A stretch of 64,000 bases of DNA from a virus. A model generated the notes under the pieces. It had not been told where the DNA came from. It made no database searches and saw only the letters and a list, made by a program, of their open reading frames with translations. Every line of letters starts with the position of its first letter. Position 1 is the first letter of the stretch. A program made the position numbers and the translations under genes. The stretch is taken from positions 14,143 to 78,142 of the IMG/VR virus record IMGVR_UViG_3300021138_000016. One strand, 5' to 3'. Shown one piece after another: positions 8,815 to 19,448 of the stretch.

Positions 8815-10095
8815 TTATATAAATCTTATTCCGTTTTTCGATAAATTCTGTAATGCTTCTTTTGCTTCTTCTATACAATCAGTATTTATCTTTAAATCAT
8901 GCCCTTTTACTGTTTTTGCTATTTCTACTGCCATTTTAATTGCAGACTCCATAGAGTTACCTAATCCTATAACCGCACCGACCTCGCACATTTCAATATT
9001 GTTAGGAACATAGTAATGTGTACCATCTTCTTCTACTACTAAATTCTTAATCTTTACGTTATTTTTATACTCTATTGGGAACTGAATTGCTATTGGCTCT
9101 GTTTTAGCTAATTCAGACTTCATAATTAATTCGCAGCCCCAAAGATACTTATATTTTATGTTTGGAACAATACCGTTTGCAACTTCCCATATTATTTCAG
9201 AATAATTTTCATATTGTTCTAATGTTATAGAAGTATTGGGTTCGGGAAATCTTAATGTCGGGTCAATAAAATACCCCACCTTGTTTTCATCAACCCTTAT
9301 TTCTGTACTAAATGCAGCCCTATAACCTTTACTTTGTAGTATTGGTGCAAATTTGTCATTTACTTCCCTTACTTGTTTAGGTAGCATTTCATACCTAGTC
9401 ATTTTGCTAACAGCGCACGCATCTTTTATCTCTAAGCAACAACTACTTTCTTTTGGGTATTCCCCGTCCACAGAAAAGCCATCGTAGCCTATTTCTCCGA
9501 TAGCATCTACGGGGTCGCAAATCAAGTAAGTTTCATCATTTGCATAAGTTCCCATATCGTGTTTAAGCCTTTTTAACTCTGTTTGTGTAAGCGTATAATT
9601 AACATGATGAAAAGTTTCGAGGTCGCCACGAAGGCTTGCTTTGATGTATTTATCTTCTACTCTTTTCAACTTATACTCTAACTCGTCTAGCCCATTTGCT
9701 ACATCATAAGTTAGTGTAGGCAATCCTAAGTCACTAACTAATTCTAAAAATTCCTTTCTATTGCTTTCTAATTCACTTGCAGTACCCCCACCAAAAACGG
9801 GTTTGCCTATCCCTCTAAGATATTCTTGCAATCCCCCCATGTATATGTCTGTAAATACAAATAAATCTATCTCTCTAATATATTGCCACCAATCATCTAC
9901 TCTTTCTACCCCTTCAACTCCTCTACCTATTGAATGTGCTTTATGGTCTTTAAATCCATTTGTTACAGATGGGATATAATACAATACTCTTTTATAGTCT
10001 CTAGCCAACCTTTCAGCAACGGCAAACTGACTGCCAAAATCGAAAACCAAAACGGTCATTTCGCTTAGTCCATATTTATCATATACCTTATCCAT
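8815..10095 (-). CDS. PurD/GARS-like ATP-grasp ligase
   Basis: FGGGTASELESNR..LGLPT, IDPTLRFPEP (compare PurD EFNxRFGDP) and a GARS_C-like VIGLGNSMESAIKMA. Lacks the GSGGREH loop. Confidence 0.75.
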   Translation of the reverse strand: MDKVYDKYGLSEMTVLVFDFGSQFAVAERLARDYKRVLYYIPSVTNGFKDHKAHSIGRGVEGVERVDDWWQYIREIDLFVFTDIYMGGLQEYLRGIGKPVFGGGTASELESNRKEFLELVSDLGLPTLTYDVANGLDELEYKLKRVEDKYIKASLRGDLETFHHVNYTLTQTELKRLKHDMGTYANDETYLICDPVDAIGEIGYDGFSVDGEYPKESSCCLEIKDACAVSKMTRYEMLPKQVREVNDKFAPILQSKGYRAAFSTEIRVDENKVGYFIDPTLRFPEPNTSITLEQYENYSEIIWEVANGIVPNIKYKYLWGCELIMKSELAKTEPIAIQFPIEYKNNVKIKNLVVEEDGTHYYVPNNIEMCEVGAVIGLGNSMESAIKMAVEIAKTVKGHDLKINTDCIEEAKEALQNLSKNGIRFI

Positions 10096-10104
10096 TATTT
10101 ATGT

Positions 10105-10497
10105 TTAAAGTGATTCTATTAAGTTGGAATATTCAATCCAATCAACCCCACATTCTGCTGCTAAAAGCATTTCTATTGCTGTACTTTGCAAGTGCTGTTT
10201 TCGGTAAGGGGCGTTGTGTCTAAATCCGTTTTCAATATCATCTGTCATTGTACCAATTTCTTTTGCTTTTTCACAATAGGCATCCCAATCTGTTATTTCT
10301 TTTTCGCTGATATTATTAGCCTCGCAAGTAAGCACTTCGAATAATTCGTGAATAGCAATTAATGATTCTTTCTTTTTATCCCCCAACTCTGCAACTAAGA
10401 TGTTCAAAACGCCATTTGCATCATAGAAATAATCGCCCACGTCATTATTTCTGATTTTGCTTTTATCTACTGACTTAATATGTATTTCTAGTGCCAT
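10105..10497 (-). CDS. Small protein with HExxE metal-binding motif (zincin-like candidate)
   Basis: VGDY...IAIHELFE...APYRKQH...AIE...GVDW. Confidence 0.55.
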   Translation of the reverse strand: MALEIHIKSVDKSKIRNNDVGDYFYDANGVLNILVAELGDKKKESLIAIHELFEVLTCEANNISEKEITDWDAYCEKAKEIGTMTDDIENGFRHNAPYRKQHLQSTAIEMLLAAECGVDWIEYSNLIESL

Positions 10498-10521
10498 TTT
10501 GTTTATGGGGGTTGTTTAAAA

Positions 10522-13500
10522 TTATTGTTCTGTTGATGGTTCAAATCCCTTCCCGCTTGGATGCTTCTCGTTGTTTTTGTAAAAACTTTTTATATCTTTA
10601 TCCAATTGTTCATCAATATGTTTTTTCTTTTCTTCCTTTTGTTCTTCACTAAGGGACTTGTTTGTTTCTACTTCTCCTTTTCTGTGTTTTGCAGACTTTA
10701 CTGCGTTTGTTGCTTTTTTATACCAAAACTCGGACAATAATTCTTTTTTATTCCCTATACCTACCCATTTAACGTAATCTTCGGGTGTAAAGGTAACTCT
10801 TTTTATGTCATTCCCCTTTTCATCTACATCATTAATTTTATAAGGCGGCAATAGCCTTTGCGAAAGCGGGTCAAACACCCATTTTTGTCCCCTTTCTAAT
10901 TGTGGTGAACTTTCAATAAGATGTTCCACATTTGACACTACCGCATCTTTTGCCGCTGCTGCCGATATTTCTCCACGTTTAATTTTATCTTTATACACAT
11001 CTGCCGCATCTAAAGCCATCATTGCAGGATAGAAAGCGGGGGTATGTTCTATTACCATAGACACCCATTTAGGTAAAGTATAATTACCGATACGAATATC
11101 CCCCGTTTTTGTTTCGGGTTCTTTTGTCTTTTTTTGCCTTCTTTCTTTCTCCTTATCTTCTGCTGATTGACCTAGATGTGGGAATCCACCAAATGAAGCC
11201 CCGAAATACATTGACCCAATAGAAGCTAAAGCAAACATCCCTAACCCAAATCCCCCCTTTCTAAAAGCCCTTGCTATGGTTGCAGCTTCTTTAGCGGGGA
11301 TTTCATTTAATCGTTCCCTTAATGCTGTTTTAAATTCTTCTGAATCCCTATCAGTATATCCTAAATCAAACGCTTCGCCTTTAGCTTGTCTATATGCCTT
11401 ATTCATTTTATATACTGCAATAACAGACCCTGCCGTGTATTCCATAACTAACTCTTTTAGCATATTGTTAGGTACACGGGTAATTGCTACATCTAGTCTT
11501 AATGCCGCCGCTACTGTGGGGTATTTTTTTTCTATATTAGTTAATGTATCGTTCCAAAATCTTGTTACCGCATTATCTTCTGAATATTTACCACGTTCCC
11601 AATCGGGATAACTGTCATAGGCTATTTCTAATATTTTATTTGAATCTATTGGCATCCCTGCTTCTATATTCCCTTCTAATCTTGCAATAAATCCTGCCGC
11701 AAATTCAGAACGTGCAGAAAATGTTTTTAAAGCCCCGTGAAGCCTTCCCATCACACCAACTAAATGTTCTATTGATTGTACAGATACTAATTGGTTTTGC
11801 CAATCGCTTCTTTCTTCATTCAATTCGCCAAATTCTTTTTCTATTTTATTTACCCTATGTAAAAAAGTTTCATAAGCATCTTCAAAAGAACGTCCTGCAA
11901 TAAACTCATATACCATATTGCCCAAGTCCTCTACCATAGCTTTGCCGTAATCTACTTTTAACTTGTCTACCTCTGTTTTTTTAGAATCATACTCTTTAGA
12001 CTTTGATAAAGGGATTTCATCTAATTCTTTTTTGGCATCTAAATATTTACCTTCCGCTAGTTTAAACTTTTCCCTAGATTTTTCGTATAAGTTAGCTAAT
12101 CCCTTCTCACCATATTGCATCCAAACAGCTTGTTGCAGTTTCTTTAGTGTTTCTATGGAATTGCTTTCGCCACCTAGCTTTGCATTTTTAGAAATAGCCT
12201 TTGTTGTTTCAAATGGAAGTGCATCAAATATTTTACCCGTAGTAAGTTTTGTTAATGCGTTTAATTGGGGTTTTATCCCTGCCGAAAATGCCACTTTCAA
12301 CAAAGTTTTCCAACTATGTATAAGAAAAGCCACATTCAACCCTCTTGCCAATACTCCTGCCGCCCTCCATTGCCAATTTTTACCTTTGTTTTGTGAGGCT
12401 GCTTTTTCTTTAGACAATTCAAATGCTTGTTTCTTTAATCTTCTTTGATTTTCAAGCCTAATCAAGTCTGCATCGTATTGGGTAAATGGTTCTGTCTTTT
12501 TAGGCTCATCATCAAATTCCCCTGCATTTATTTTTCTTTCATACTCATTAATATCTGATTGAAACTTACGTTTGGTTTTTTCTAACTTAATAGTAAGTTC
12601 ATCTTTCTTTTTATCTTCTTCATAGTTATCTAATATAGACTTTGCTTTTAACCTATTCTCATAATCTTTAGCATCTTTAAATACATCCAAAGCGTTTTTC
12701 ATAGCTTTTTCTGCTGCTTTAAATTTAGGTTCTTCGCTTGTCCCATCTAAATAAACTTTTGACTTCTCAAGTTCATCTATTGCATTTTCAAGCATAGACT
12801 TTTGCCTATTAAAATTTTTGTCAGTAGTGTCCCCTATTTCTTCAATCTTGTTTTTAAAATCTTTTATTGCGTCATCTACTCTTTGATTATGACTTGATGC
12901 ACGAGTTTCATAAGAAGCCCTTGTAGTGCTATCTGTATGACTTACTTTCAACTCCTTCTTCCTTAGTGAATCAGCTAATTCTTTTTGTTTTTTAACTAAG
13001 TCCTTATCTATTTGTTTAGGGGATTTATTACGGTTCTTTTTAAAATATTCCCCACTTTCATTAACTCTTTTTATCTGTTTGTCATAATCCTCTATCTGTT
13101 CATTTTTGCGATTTATATCCCTCTGAATCTTCTTTAATTCGTTTTCTTTATCACGCAATTCTTTGTCAGCAACTTTTACTGATTCTTTTAATGCTTCTAT
13201 TTCGGGAGTATCTATTTTTTCGTTGGATTTAGCCCTTTTTTCACGAATACCTTGTTGCAACTTATCCCTTTTATCGGTAAGTTCTTTTATTGCCCTTTCT
13301 TGTCTTTTTGCTTCATTTTCTTTATCACGCAATTCTTTTCTTGCTGCCGCTGCCTTTTCACGTCTATCTTTTAATATGGCTTCCTTTTCAGCAATAAGAC
13401 CCTTTTCATATTCGTCACGTTCTCTTTGTGATTCAAATTGTTTTCCCTTAATATCCTTTAACTCCTTCAAGTCATTAATGTCATTTTCTAATTTAGTAAT

Positions 13501-16500
13501 AGCATTAAATTCTATTTGGGTGTTTTGTTGTTTTGATTTAATCTTCCTAGATGTTTCTTGGGTAAATTCGTCTTTTTTAAGATACGCTTTTCTTAGCTTA
13601 TTCTCGTCAACGTTTGGTAATACTTTCTTTAATTCTTCTAATGCTTGGGGTAATATTTCTTTCGCATCATAAGAAGGGAAATGAGCCTTAATATAATCAT
13701 CAATTAGTTTTTTGCCTACCATTTCGTTATTAATATCATTTACCCCGTTTAGTTCGGCATATTCTTTTATTGCATTTAAAGACTTTTCAATAGATGAAGG
13801 CTCGTTTAATATTTCTTCGTCTATCCCTGCTTCTTTTAACTTAGTCTTTATTTCTAATTTTAATTTTTCCTTATCCGTACCATCATCGACTTTATTTACT
13901 GCTTTTTCTATAATGTCAGGGATTGATTTATCCCCCTTGTCTAATCCTGTTTTTATTTCACGAATAGCATCTGCGGACGACATTTTTTGTGGGGTTTCTT
14001 TACTGCCCGTATCTATCTTTTCTGATTTAGCACGTTCGTCAAATTCAGTAGCAAAATCTTCTAGGATAAGTTTAGCTTTATCCCTAATTGGTTTTTCTAC
14101 TTTTGTTTTATTTACTTTCCCGCCTTGTGCTTTATCAGCCTTTTCTGATTCCGATTTTGCTTTAGCAACATCATCAGACAATCTTTTTTCAAAGTCTTTC
14201 TTAATCTTTTCAATTTCTATTTCTTGTGACTTTATAAGACTTGCCCTTTCTTCTTCCCAATCCCTTGCTGTTCTTTCTAGTTCTTCGGGGGATAAAGGTT
14301 CACCCTTTGCAGCACGAAGTTCTCCACGCTTTATTTCTAATCCCGTATCACTATCATATCCTAATGCGGCTTGTAAGAATACTAAAGAACGCCCTAACGT
14401 AGTACCCCCTGCTTTAATTACTTTTACTATATCTTCAAATTGGCTTATTAATTTTTTATAAGAATCATTTGCTTTTTCTTTTGATAATGGGGTTTCGGCA
14501 GTAAATCTATCTTCTGATTTTTTTACTAAATCTTGTTCTGTTTCTCTTTTTAAATATAACATTACTGCCAAATCTTCATCATCCATTCTTATCCTGCCAT
14601 TTTCAATATCCGAAAGATGTTTATATAGCATTTGTTCTGCACCTTCTTTTAAACTTAAATGGGGGTAATCTTGCTTAACCCTATTAAGCCCTTTTTCTAA
14701 ACTTTCACTCCACTTTTTAACCCCTTGTGCTTCGTAGGCTTCTTTTAAAGCAGAAACTTCTTTTAATTGGGTAGCCTTGTTTATTTGAGTAAATTTAGGT
14801 TGCCCACTTTCTTTTATAATAGGTTCTGTAATAGGAGGCACAATAGGAGGTGGGGGAACAAGCCCCCTATCCTCAAATACATCTTCTTCCCGCCCTTCGG
14901 CATCGGCTTCTTTGTCCCTTTGTCTTTCAACTTGTTCTATTTTTGCTTCTCTACCGATATTGGCATTATCTTGTGTTGGGGTTTGTTCCCCTACTGTTTC
15001 TTCTTTCGGCTCAACGTTAATATTGCCGCTTTTTTCTGTAAATCCGTTAGTGGCTGCGTACTGTTCCCAATATTCTTTTTCAAGTTGTTCGATTGTATCA
15101 AACTGTTGTTCTGCAAGTTTTTGTTGCCCTTCTGTGAGTTTTCTAAATTCATTTTCTATCGCTTTTGTGGCTATCTCATTGTTTAATGGAAGCCCTGTTA
15201 ATTTTTCAAATTTGTCTTTTGCACTTTGTGCAACGCTATTTTCTGATTCTTTTAATGCGCTACTTTCGCCTTTAGGGAATTTGATAATAAAGTCAACAAT
15301 ATCTTGTGGGGTTATTTCAGTTCCATAATGGTCGGACATTTCTTTTGCAACCTCGTCTATACTTCTTGCTTCTTCGCCTTTTTTGCCTTTAAAATAACTA
15401 TTTATAATGTCGGAATCAATATTATTCCTATCCCCAAAACTTTTAAAGCTATCTTGAGATATTTTACCAAGACCATATTCTGCTATTTGTCTTTCTTTCG
15501 TGTCAATTACTTCCCCTTCGGGCTGTTGCCTAATATAAGTTTCTGCAATTTCTAGTGGATTATTTGAATTGTCAATTACATATTGGTCTGCTTCTTTCTC
15601 GTCTTTAAAAGAAATCCCTTTAGGTTCTTTTGAAACTTCTCCCACATTAAAATTATAATTGTCTGCCGCCTCGTTTATAACCTTTTTAGATGTTTTTTTA
15701 CTTACTTCTTTACCCGTATTAATATCAACCACTTTGGCAAACCCGTTCTCGTCATAAACTAATTTATTTCTCCCACTTTTTGAAATATACTCTTTTGGTT
15801 CTGCAACTTGGATATTTTCTTCACTAGGTACAGATGCTTCTTCTTTAGGTACAGATACTTCACTTGTTGGGATAGGTGTCGTAGGTTTTTCTTCTTGTTG
15901 TTGGGGTTCGGTTGCTTTTTCTGCTGCTACTTCTCTCTTATTTAATTCATTTGCATTTATGAATTTAATATCCGCACCTAACCCTAAGTTTTCTACTTCT
16001 CCTGCAACTGCATTACTATTATCTATTAATACCCCCCCACTTTTTTCTGCTAAAGATGCCTTTTCTTCACCACTTAACCCTTGTATTATTGTAAGGTTCT
16101 TTTCTGCTTCGGGGGATAATCCCATAGTCTTTAAAATTTCAGCCTTGTTTTCTTCGGGGTTATCCTTTCCACTTTTGGTAACTATTGTTACCTTCTCCCC
16201 GTTTTCTAAACGTTGCTTTACTTCTTTACCAAAAGGTAATAATTCCCCATTTTTAGCTATTGTACTATGATAGTCTGAAAATATTGGTCTGCCTTCAAAT
16301 TCGTTTTCTTTACTTACAAATTTATCTGTACCCTTCTCTATTGGGGCTTGTTCCCCTTCTGCTTTTTTAACTTCCTTCTTTAATTGTTCTGCCTCAAATA
16401 ATTGTTTTCTATACTTAGATGGAAATTCGGCATCGTCACTTTTTACTACTTCCTTAATATACCCCTTATCCATCCCCTTTTTAATATCACCATTTTCAGT

Positions 16501-19443
16501 CATTACTTTTAATGCTTTGTCTGATAATATTACGGGGTTATCATTGCCATCTACTAAATAATGGAATGATGCCTCGTTATTCATTGATTTAGAGGCTTCT
16601 TCTTGGTATTCTTTTGATTTAGATTTATGGAAGTCTGCTAATGCTTTATTTTCCCCGTTATCCCCTGCTAATTGCTTAGATAGGGCATCGTGCATATCTG
16701 CTAGGGTAAGATTGTGTGCAGTATATAAATCATTGATGTTATATCTGTCTAGTTTTGCATTTGCTATATTCCTTTCCAATCCTTGTGCGTGAAGAATAGT
16801 GTTTTCTAAAGATATTTTATTGGCTTTTGTTTCAGCCTCATTATCTGTTTTGTAATCGCCGTTTTCTTTCATCAACATAAGGTTGTCAATCAAAGATGCA
16901 CTATTGTCATTTATAGCGTGTTGTATGTTGTTATTATAGAATTTATTTTGGTGGATTTCGGCATTTGTCGTATTCAATAATTCGTTCCAATTTTTCATTG
17001 AAGCCAAATGACCTTGAACCCCGTGATATAAATCCATAGGCAAGAAAGACAATGCAGAAACAAAACTATCAACACCGTGTTTTTTTACATAATCAACTAT
17101 GTTTGGCTTTTCATTACCTAATGCTTCTGCTTGGGCTGATTCTTGTAATAATCCTTGATTAGTCATCATTGCGGTATTGGCAGCAATGTTTTTTGTCAAG
17201 TTAGTAGCGGTCTTTAATAAAGTGGGTTTTAATGTTTTTCCAAATAAAGATGCTGACTGTAAATACCCCGTAAAAGCATTAAACAGCAAATCATTGGCAG
17301 CAATATTACTTGTCGCTGTACTTGCATCATAGGTATTAACCCCTTGCTTTAATAAACTACCATAAGAATTAGCCAAATTAGCGGCAGTCATATATCCTGC
17401 ATTACCTACTGTTGCCAATCCCGTCCCTACTACTTCGGGCGCACCTAAAGCAACTGCACCTTCACCTATCCCCCCTGTTGCAGCACCCAATACTGTTGCA
17501 CCTGCTATTAAAGGTGTAGAAGAACCTAAGAAGTGTTGCCAATAATCCCAACTTTTTAAAGAATTAATCCCCTTGTATTCAAAATGTTCTTTTGCTACGT
17601 TAGACAGGTCTATATTATTAGCACTAAGGCTTGAATTGTAAACTCTTGCAGCATCCCCACCGTGTCCTGTTTTTGCGTACATAAAAGCACTAAGACCATA
17701 CATCATATTTTTATATGCTTGGTCTACACTTGCCATATAAGTCCCCTTATCTGCTAATACTTCATCCGCTTTTCTTCCCCTTGCTTTAGATACTGCTTCT
17801 AGGGTTTTGTTTTCTACTTCACCTAACCCCTTATAGTAATCTTCTAGTGCTTTTTGTGATTGGGCTTTAGTCATGCCTTTTATACCAATACTTCCATCGG
17901 GATAAACAGACACATCTTTGTTTGCTGATTGCAAAGCCCCAATTAAAAATCCTTTACGAACATCATTTGCCTTATCCTTTGCATTTTTTATATCTGCTTC
18001 TCTTTTCTTTACTAAAGCAGATGTTTCTTTATTGTTTTGTAGGTCACGGATAATATTCTTTTGGGCTATTTCGGGTGTAACCATTTTTGATTCCACTTGC
18101 GAAGCCCATTTTTGCATAATAGATTTCCCCGATTCATTTGCATCCAACGCTTTATTAAAGTTGTCATTTGCCGCTAATACATCATTATTAAAATGTGTTT
18201 CTGCTAATGAGTTTGCTTGTGCATATTTTTCGGGGGAGAAAGTATCTTTTATATTATGTCCGTTGTCTATAAAACTTTTTAAGGCAGGGTTATTTTTAGC
18301 AACTTGTTCATTGTATTTTCTTGTTGCGTGTTGTACGGGGATAGCCGTTTCTATATGGTCTATAATACGATTTTCTACATCTGTGTACTCTGTATTTTTC
18401 AAGTTTTCTCCCAATGCTAATCCTGCACCGTGTTCTTTTGCAGCAGCAATAACATCATTCTTACTTGACATATAATCGTGTACTATCTTACGGATAGCAT
18501 ATTGGTCTGATTCGTCAAATATATGTGCTTGTCCTAGTGGGCTTCCTTTCCTTTGTTCGGGGTTTAATGACTTTAATTTCCCTTCATAATCCAACGCTGC
18601 TTTTTCAATATATTTTTGAAGTGCAGGTAGTTGTAGTAATTGCGGTTGGTATTCCGTAGTGTATTTGTGGTTATAAACTACATCAATACCGTGTTTTATA
18701 AAGTTCTCTTTATCCTTTAAGTTGTTTAATTGTGCATCTATTTTTTCGTAATCTTGTTGTGAAGGGGTAACGAAACGGGAAGCCAAATTTTGCCTTTGGT
18801 TATTCAATCGTTCCATATCCTTCTTAACATTCCCCCATTCTTGCAAAGCGGGCATAATGCTTTGTGTTTGAGTAAGATTAGATATAGTTGCTAAATTCTT
18901 ATTTTTTTGATTTATTGCATTGGTTAATTGTGGTAAGTCAATACCCATATTAGGCTTAACCCCGTATGCTTCTAAATCTTCTTCTTTTAAATCACCCTTA
19001 TAAAACCTTTCAGTTATATCTTGTCTTTTATTGGCATCGTGTATATTAGCCTCTAAGTTTTCGGGGGAAACCAATGATGTTGTTGGCTTTTTACCCGACA
19101 ATATCCCACTAAATAAGTTTTTGTTCTTTATTTGTTGTTCTTGGGCTTGTTTAGCCATTTCAGCATTATTACCTTCTACTACTGTTTTAGTTAAAGGCGA
19201 AACAGGCTTATCATCCCTTCCTAATGTAGATTTTGAAGTGGATGTGGATGTGGGTGAAGTTACCCCACCATTTTGCAAAGGCTTTGAGCCATCCAAAGGT
19301 ATAGTTGGTATAGTAGGTTCGGTAGATGCTTTTTTTTTTAATATAGGCAATCCATCTTCTGTTGTTTCCGTGTTTGCAGAAACATTTTGATTACTAATTA
19401 TTGGTAACCCATCCTCTGTGTATTTTCTAACCGATGTAGCCAT
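10522..19443 (-). CDS. Giant internal virion/DNA ejection protein (2973 aa)
   Basis: Third of three genes after the tail muzzle. Gly/Ala hydrophobic patches, long K/E coiled coils and an internal HAD-like segment. Confidence 0.7.
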   Translation of the reverse strand: MATSVRKYTEDGLPIISNQNVSANTETTEDGLPILKKKASTEPTIPTIPLDGSKPLQNGGVTSPTSTSTSKSTLGRDDKPVSPLTKTVVEGNNAEMAKQAQEQQIKNKNLFSGILSGKKPTTSLVSPENLEANIHDANKRQDITERFYKGDLKEEDLEAYGVKPNMGIDLPQLTNAINQKNKNLATISNLTQTQSIMPALQEWGNVKKDMERLNNQRQNLASRFVTPSQQDYEKIDAQLNNLKDKENFIKHGIDVVYNHKYTTEYQPQLLQLPALQKYIEKAALDYEGKLKSLNPEQRKGSPLGQAHIFDESDQYAIRKIVHDYMSSKNDVIAAAKEHGAGLALGENLKNTEYTDVENRIIDHIETAIPVQHATRKYNEQVAKNNPALKSFIDNGHNIKDTFSPEKYAQANSLAETHFNNDVLAANDNFNKALDANESGKSIMQKWASQVESKMVTPEIAQKNIIRDLQNNKETSALVKKREADIKNAKDKANDVRKGFLIGALQSANKDVSVYPDGSIGIKGMTKAQSQKALEDYYKGLGEVENKTLEAVSKARGRKADEVLADKGTYMASVDQAYKNMMYGLSAFMYAKTGHGGDAARVYNSSLSANNIDLSNVAKEHFEYKGINSLKSWDYWQHFLGSSTPLIAGATVLGAATGGIGEGAVALGAPEVVGTGLATVGNAGYMTAANLANSYGSLLKQGVNTYDASTATSNIAANDLLFNAFTGYLQSASLFGKTLKPTLLKTATNLTKNIAANTAMMTNQGLLQESAQAEALGNEKPNIVDYVKKHGVDSFVSALSFLPMDLYHGVQGHLASMKNWNELLNTTNAEIHQNKFYNNNIQHAINDNSASLIDNLMLMKENGDYKTDNEAETKANKISLENTILHAQGLERNIANAKLDRYNINDLYTAHNLTLADMHDALSKQLAGDNGENKALADFHKSKSKEYQEEASKSMNNEASFHYLVDGNDNPVILSDKALKVMTENGDIKKGMDKGYIKEVVKSDDAEFPSKYRKQLFEAEQLKKEVKKAEGEQAPIEKGTDKFVSKENEFEGRPIFSDYHSTIAKNGELLPFGKEVKQRLENGEKVTIVTKSGKDNPEENKAEILKTMGLSPEAEKNLTIIQGLSGEEKASLAEKSGGVLIDNSNAVAGEVENLGLGADIKFINANELNKREVAAEKATEPQQQEEKPTTPIPTSEVSVPKEEASVPSEENIQVAEPKEYISKSGRNKLVYDENGFAKVVDINTGKEVSKKTSKKVINEAADNYNFNVGEVSKEPKGISFKDEKEADQYVIDNSNNPLEIAETYIRQQPEGEVIDTKERQIAEYGLGKISQDSFKSFGDRNNIDSDIINSYFKGKKGEEARSIDEVAKEMSDHYGTEITPQDIVDFIIKFPKGESSALKESENSVAQSAKDKFEKLTGLPLNNEIATKAIENEFRKLTEGQQKLAEQQFDTIEQLEKEYWEQYAATNGFTEKSGNINVEPKEETVGEQTPTQDNANIGREAKIEQVERQRDKEADAEGREEDVFEDRGLVPPPPIVPPITEPIIKESGQPKFTQINKATQLKEVSALKEAYEAQGVKKWSESLEKGLNRVKQDYPHLSLKEGAEQMLYKHLSDIENGRIRMDDEDLAVMLYLKRETEQDLVKKSEDRFTAETPLSKEKANDSYKKLISQFEDIVKVIKAGGTTLGRSLVFLQAALGYDSDTGLEIKRGELRAAKGEPLSPEELERTARDWEEERASLIKSQEIEIEKIKKDFEKRLSDDVAKAKSESEKADKAQGGKVNKTKVEKPIRDKAKLILEDFATEFDERAKSEKIDTGSKETPQKMSSADAIREIKTGLDKGDKSIPDIIEKAVNKVDDGTDKEKLKLEIKTKLKEAGIDEEILNEPSSIEKSLNAIKEYAELNGVNDINNEMVGKKLIDDYIKAHFPSYDAKEILPQALEELKKVLPNVDENKLRKAYLKKDEFTQETSRKIKSKQQNTQIEFNAITKLENDINDLKELKDIKGKQFESQRERDEYEKGLIAEKEAILKDRREKAAAARKELRDKENEAKRQERAIKELTDKRDKLQQGIREKRAKSNEKIDTPEIEALKESVKVADKELRDKENELKKIQRDINRKNEQIEDYDKQIKRVNESGEYFKKNRNKSPKQIDKDLVKKQKELADSLRKKELKVSHTDSTTRASYETRASSHNQRVDDAIKDFKNKIEEIGDTTDKNFNRQKSMLENAIDELEKSKVYLDGTSEEPKFKAAEKAMKNALDVFKDAKDYENRLKAKSILDNYEEDKKKDELTIKLEKTKRKFQSDINEYERKINAGEFDDEPKKTEPFTQYDADLIRLENQRRLKKQAFELSKEKAASQNKGKNWQWRAAGVLARGLNVAFLIHSWKTLLKVAFSAGIKPQLNALTKLTTGKIFDALPFETTKAISKNAKLGGESNSIETLKKLQQAVWMQYGEKGLANLYEKSREKFKLAEGKYLDAKKELDEIPLSKSKEYDSKKTEVDKLKVDYGKAMVEDLGNMVYEFIAGRSFEDAYETFLHRVNKIEKEFGELNEERSDWQNQLVSVQSIEHLVGVMGRLHGALKTFSARSEFAAGFIARLEGNIEAGMPIDSNKILEIAYDSYPDWERGKYSEDNAVTRFWNDTLTNIEKKYPTVAAALRLDVAITRVPNNMLKELVMEYTAGSVIAVYKMNKAYRQAKGEAFDLGYTDRDSEEFKTALRERLNEIPAKEAATIARAFRKGGFGLGMFALASIGSMYFGASFGGFPHLGQSAEDKEKERRQKKTKEPETKTGDIRIGNYTLPKWVSMVIEHTPAFYPAMMALDAADVYKDKIKRGEISAAAAKDAVVSNVEHLIESSPQLERGQKWVFDPLSQRLLPPYKINDVDEKGNDIKRVTFTPEDYVKWVGIGNKKELLSEFWYKKATNAVKSAKHRKGEVETNKSLSEEQKEEKKKHIDEQLDKDIKSFYKNNEKHPSGKGFEPSTEQ

Positions 19444-19448
19444 TTATT

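Noticed and set aside
8815-10095. Calling the ATP-grasp a true purD auxiliary metabolic gene
   Set aside because: The substrate-binding GSGGREH loop is absent, the catalytic motif is altered, and the context is structural
10522-19443. Virion RNA polymerase
   Set aside because: No DFDxD-type catalytic motif found by eye; mostly coiled-coil sequence
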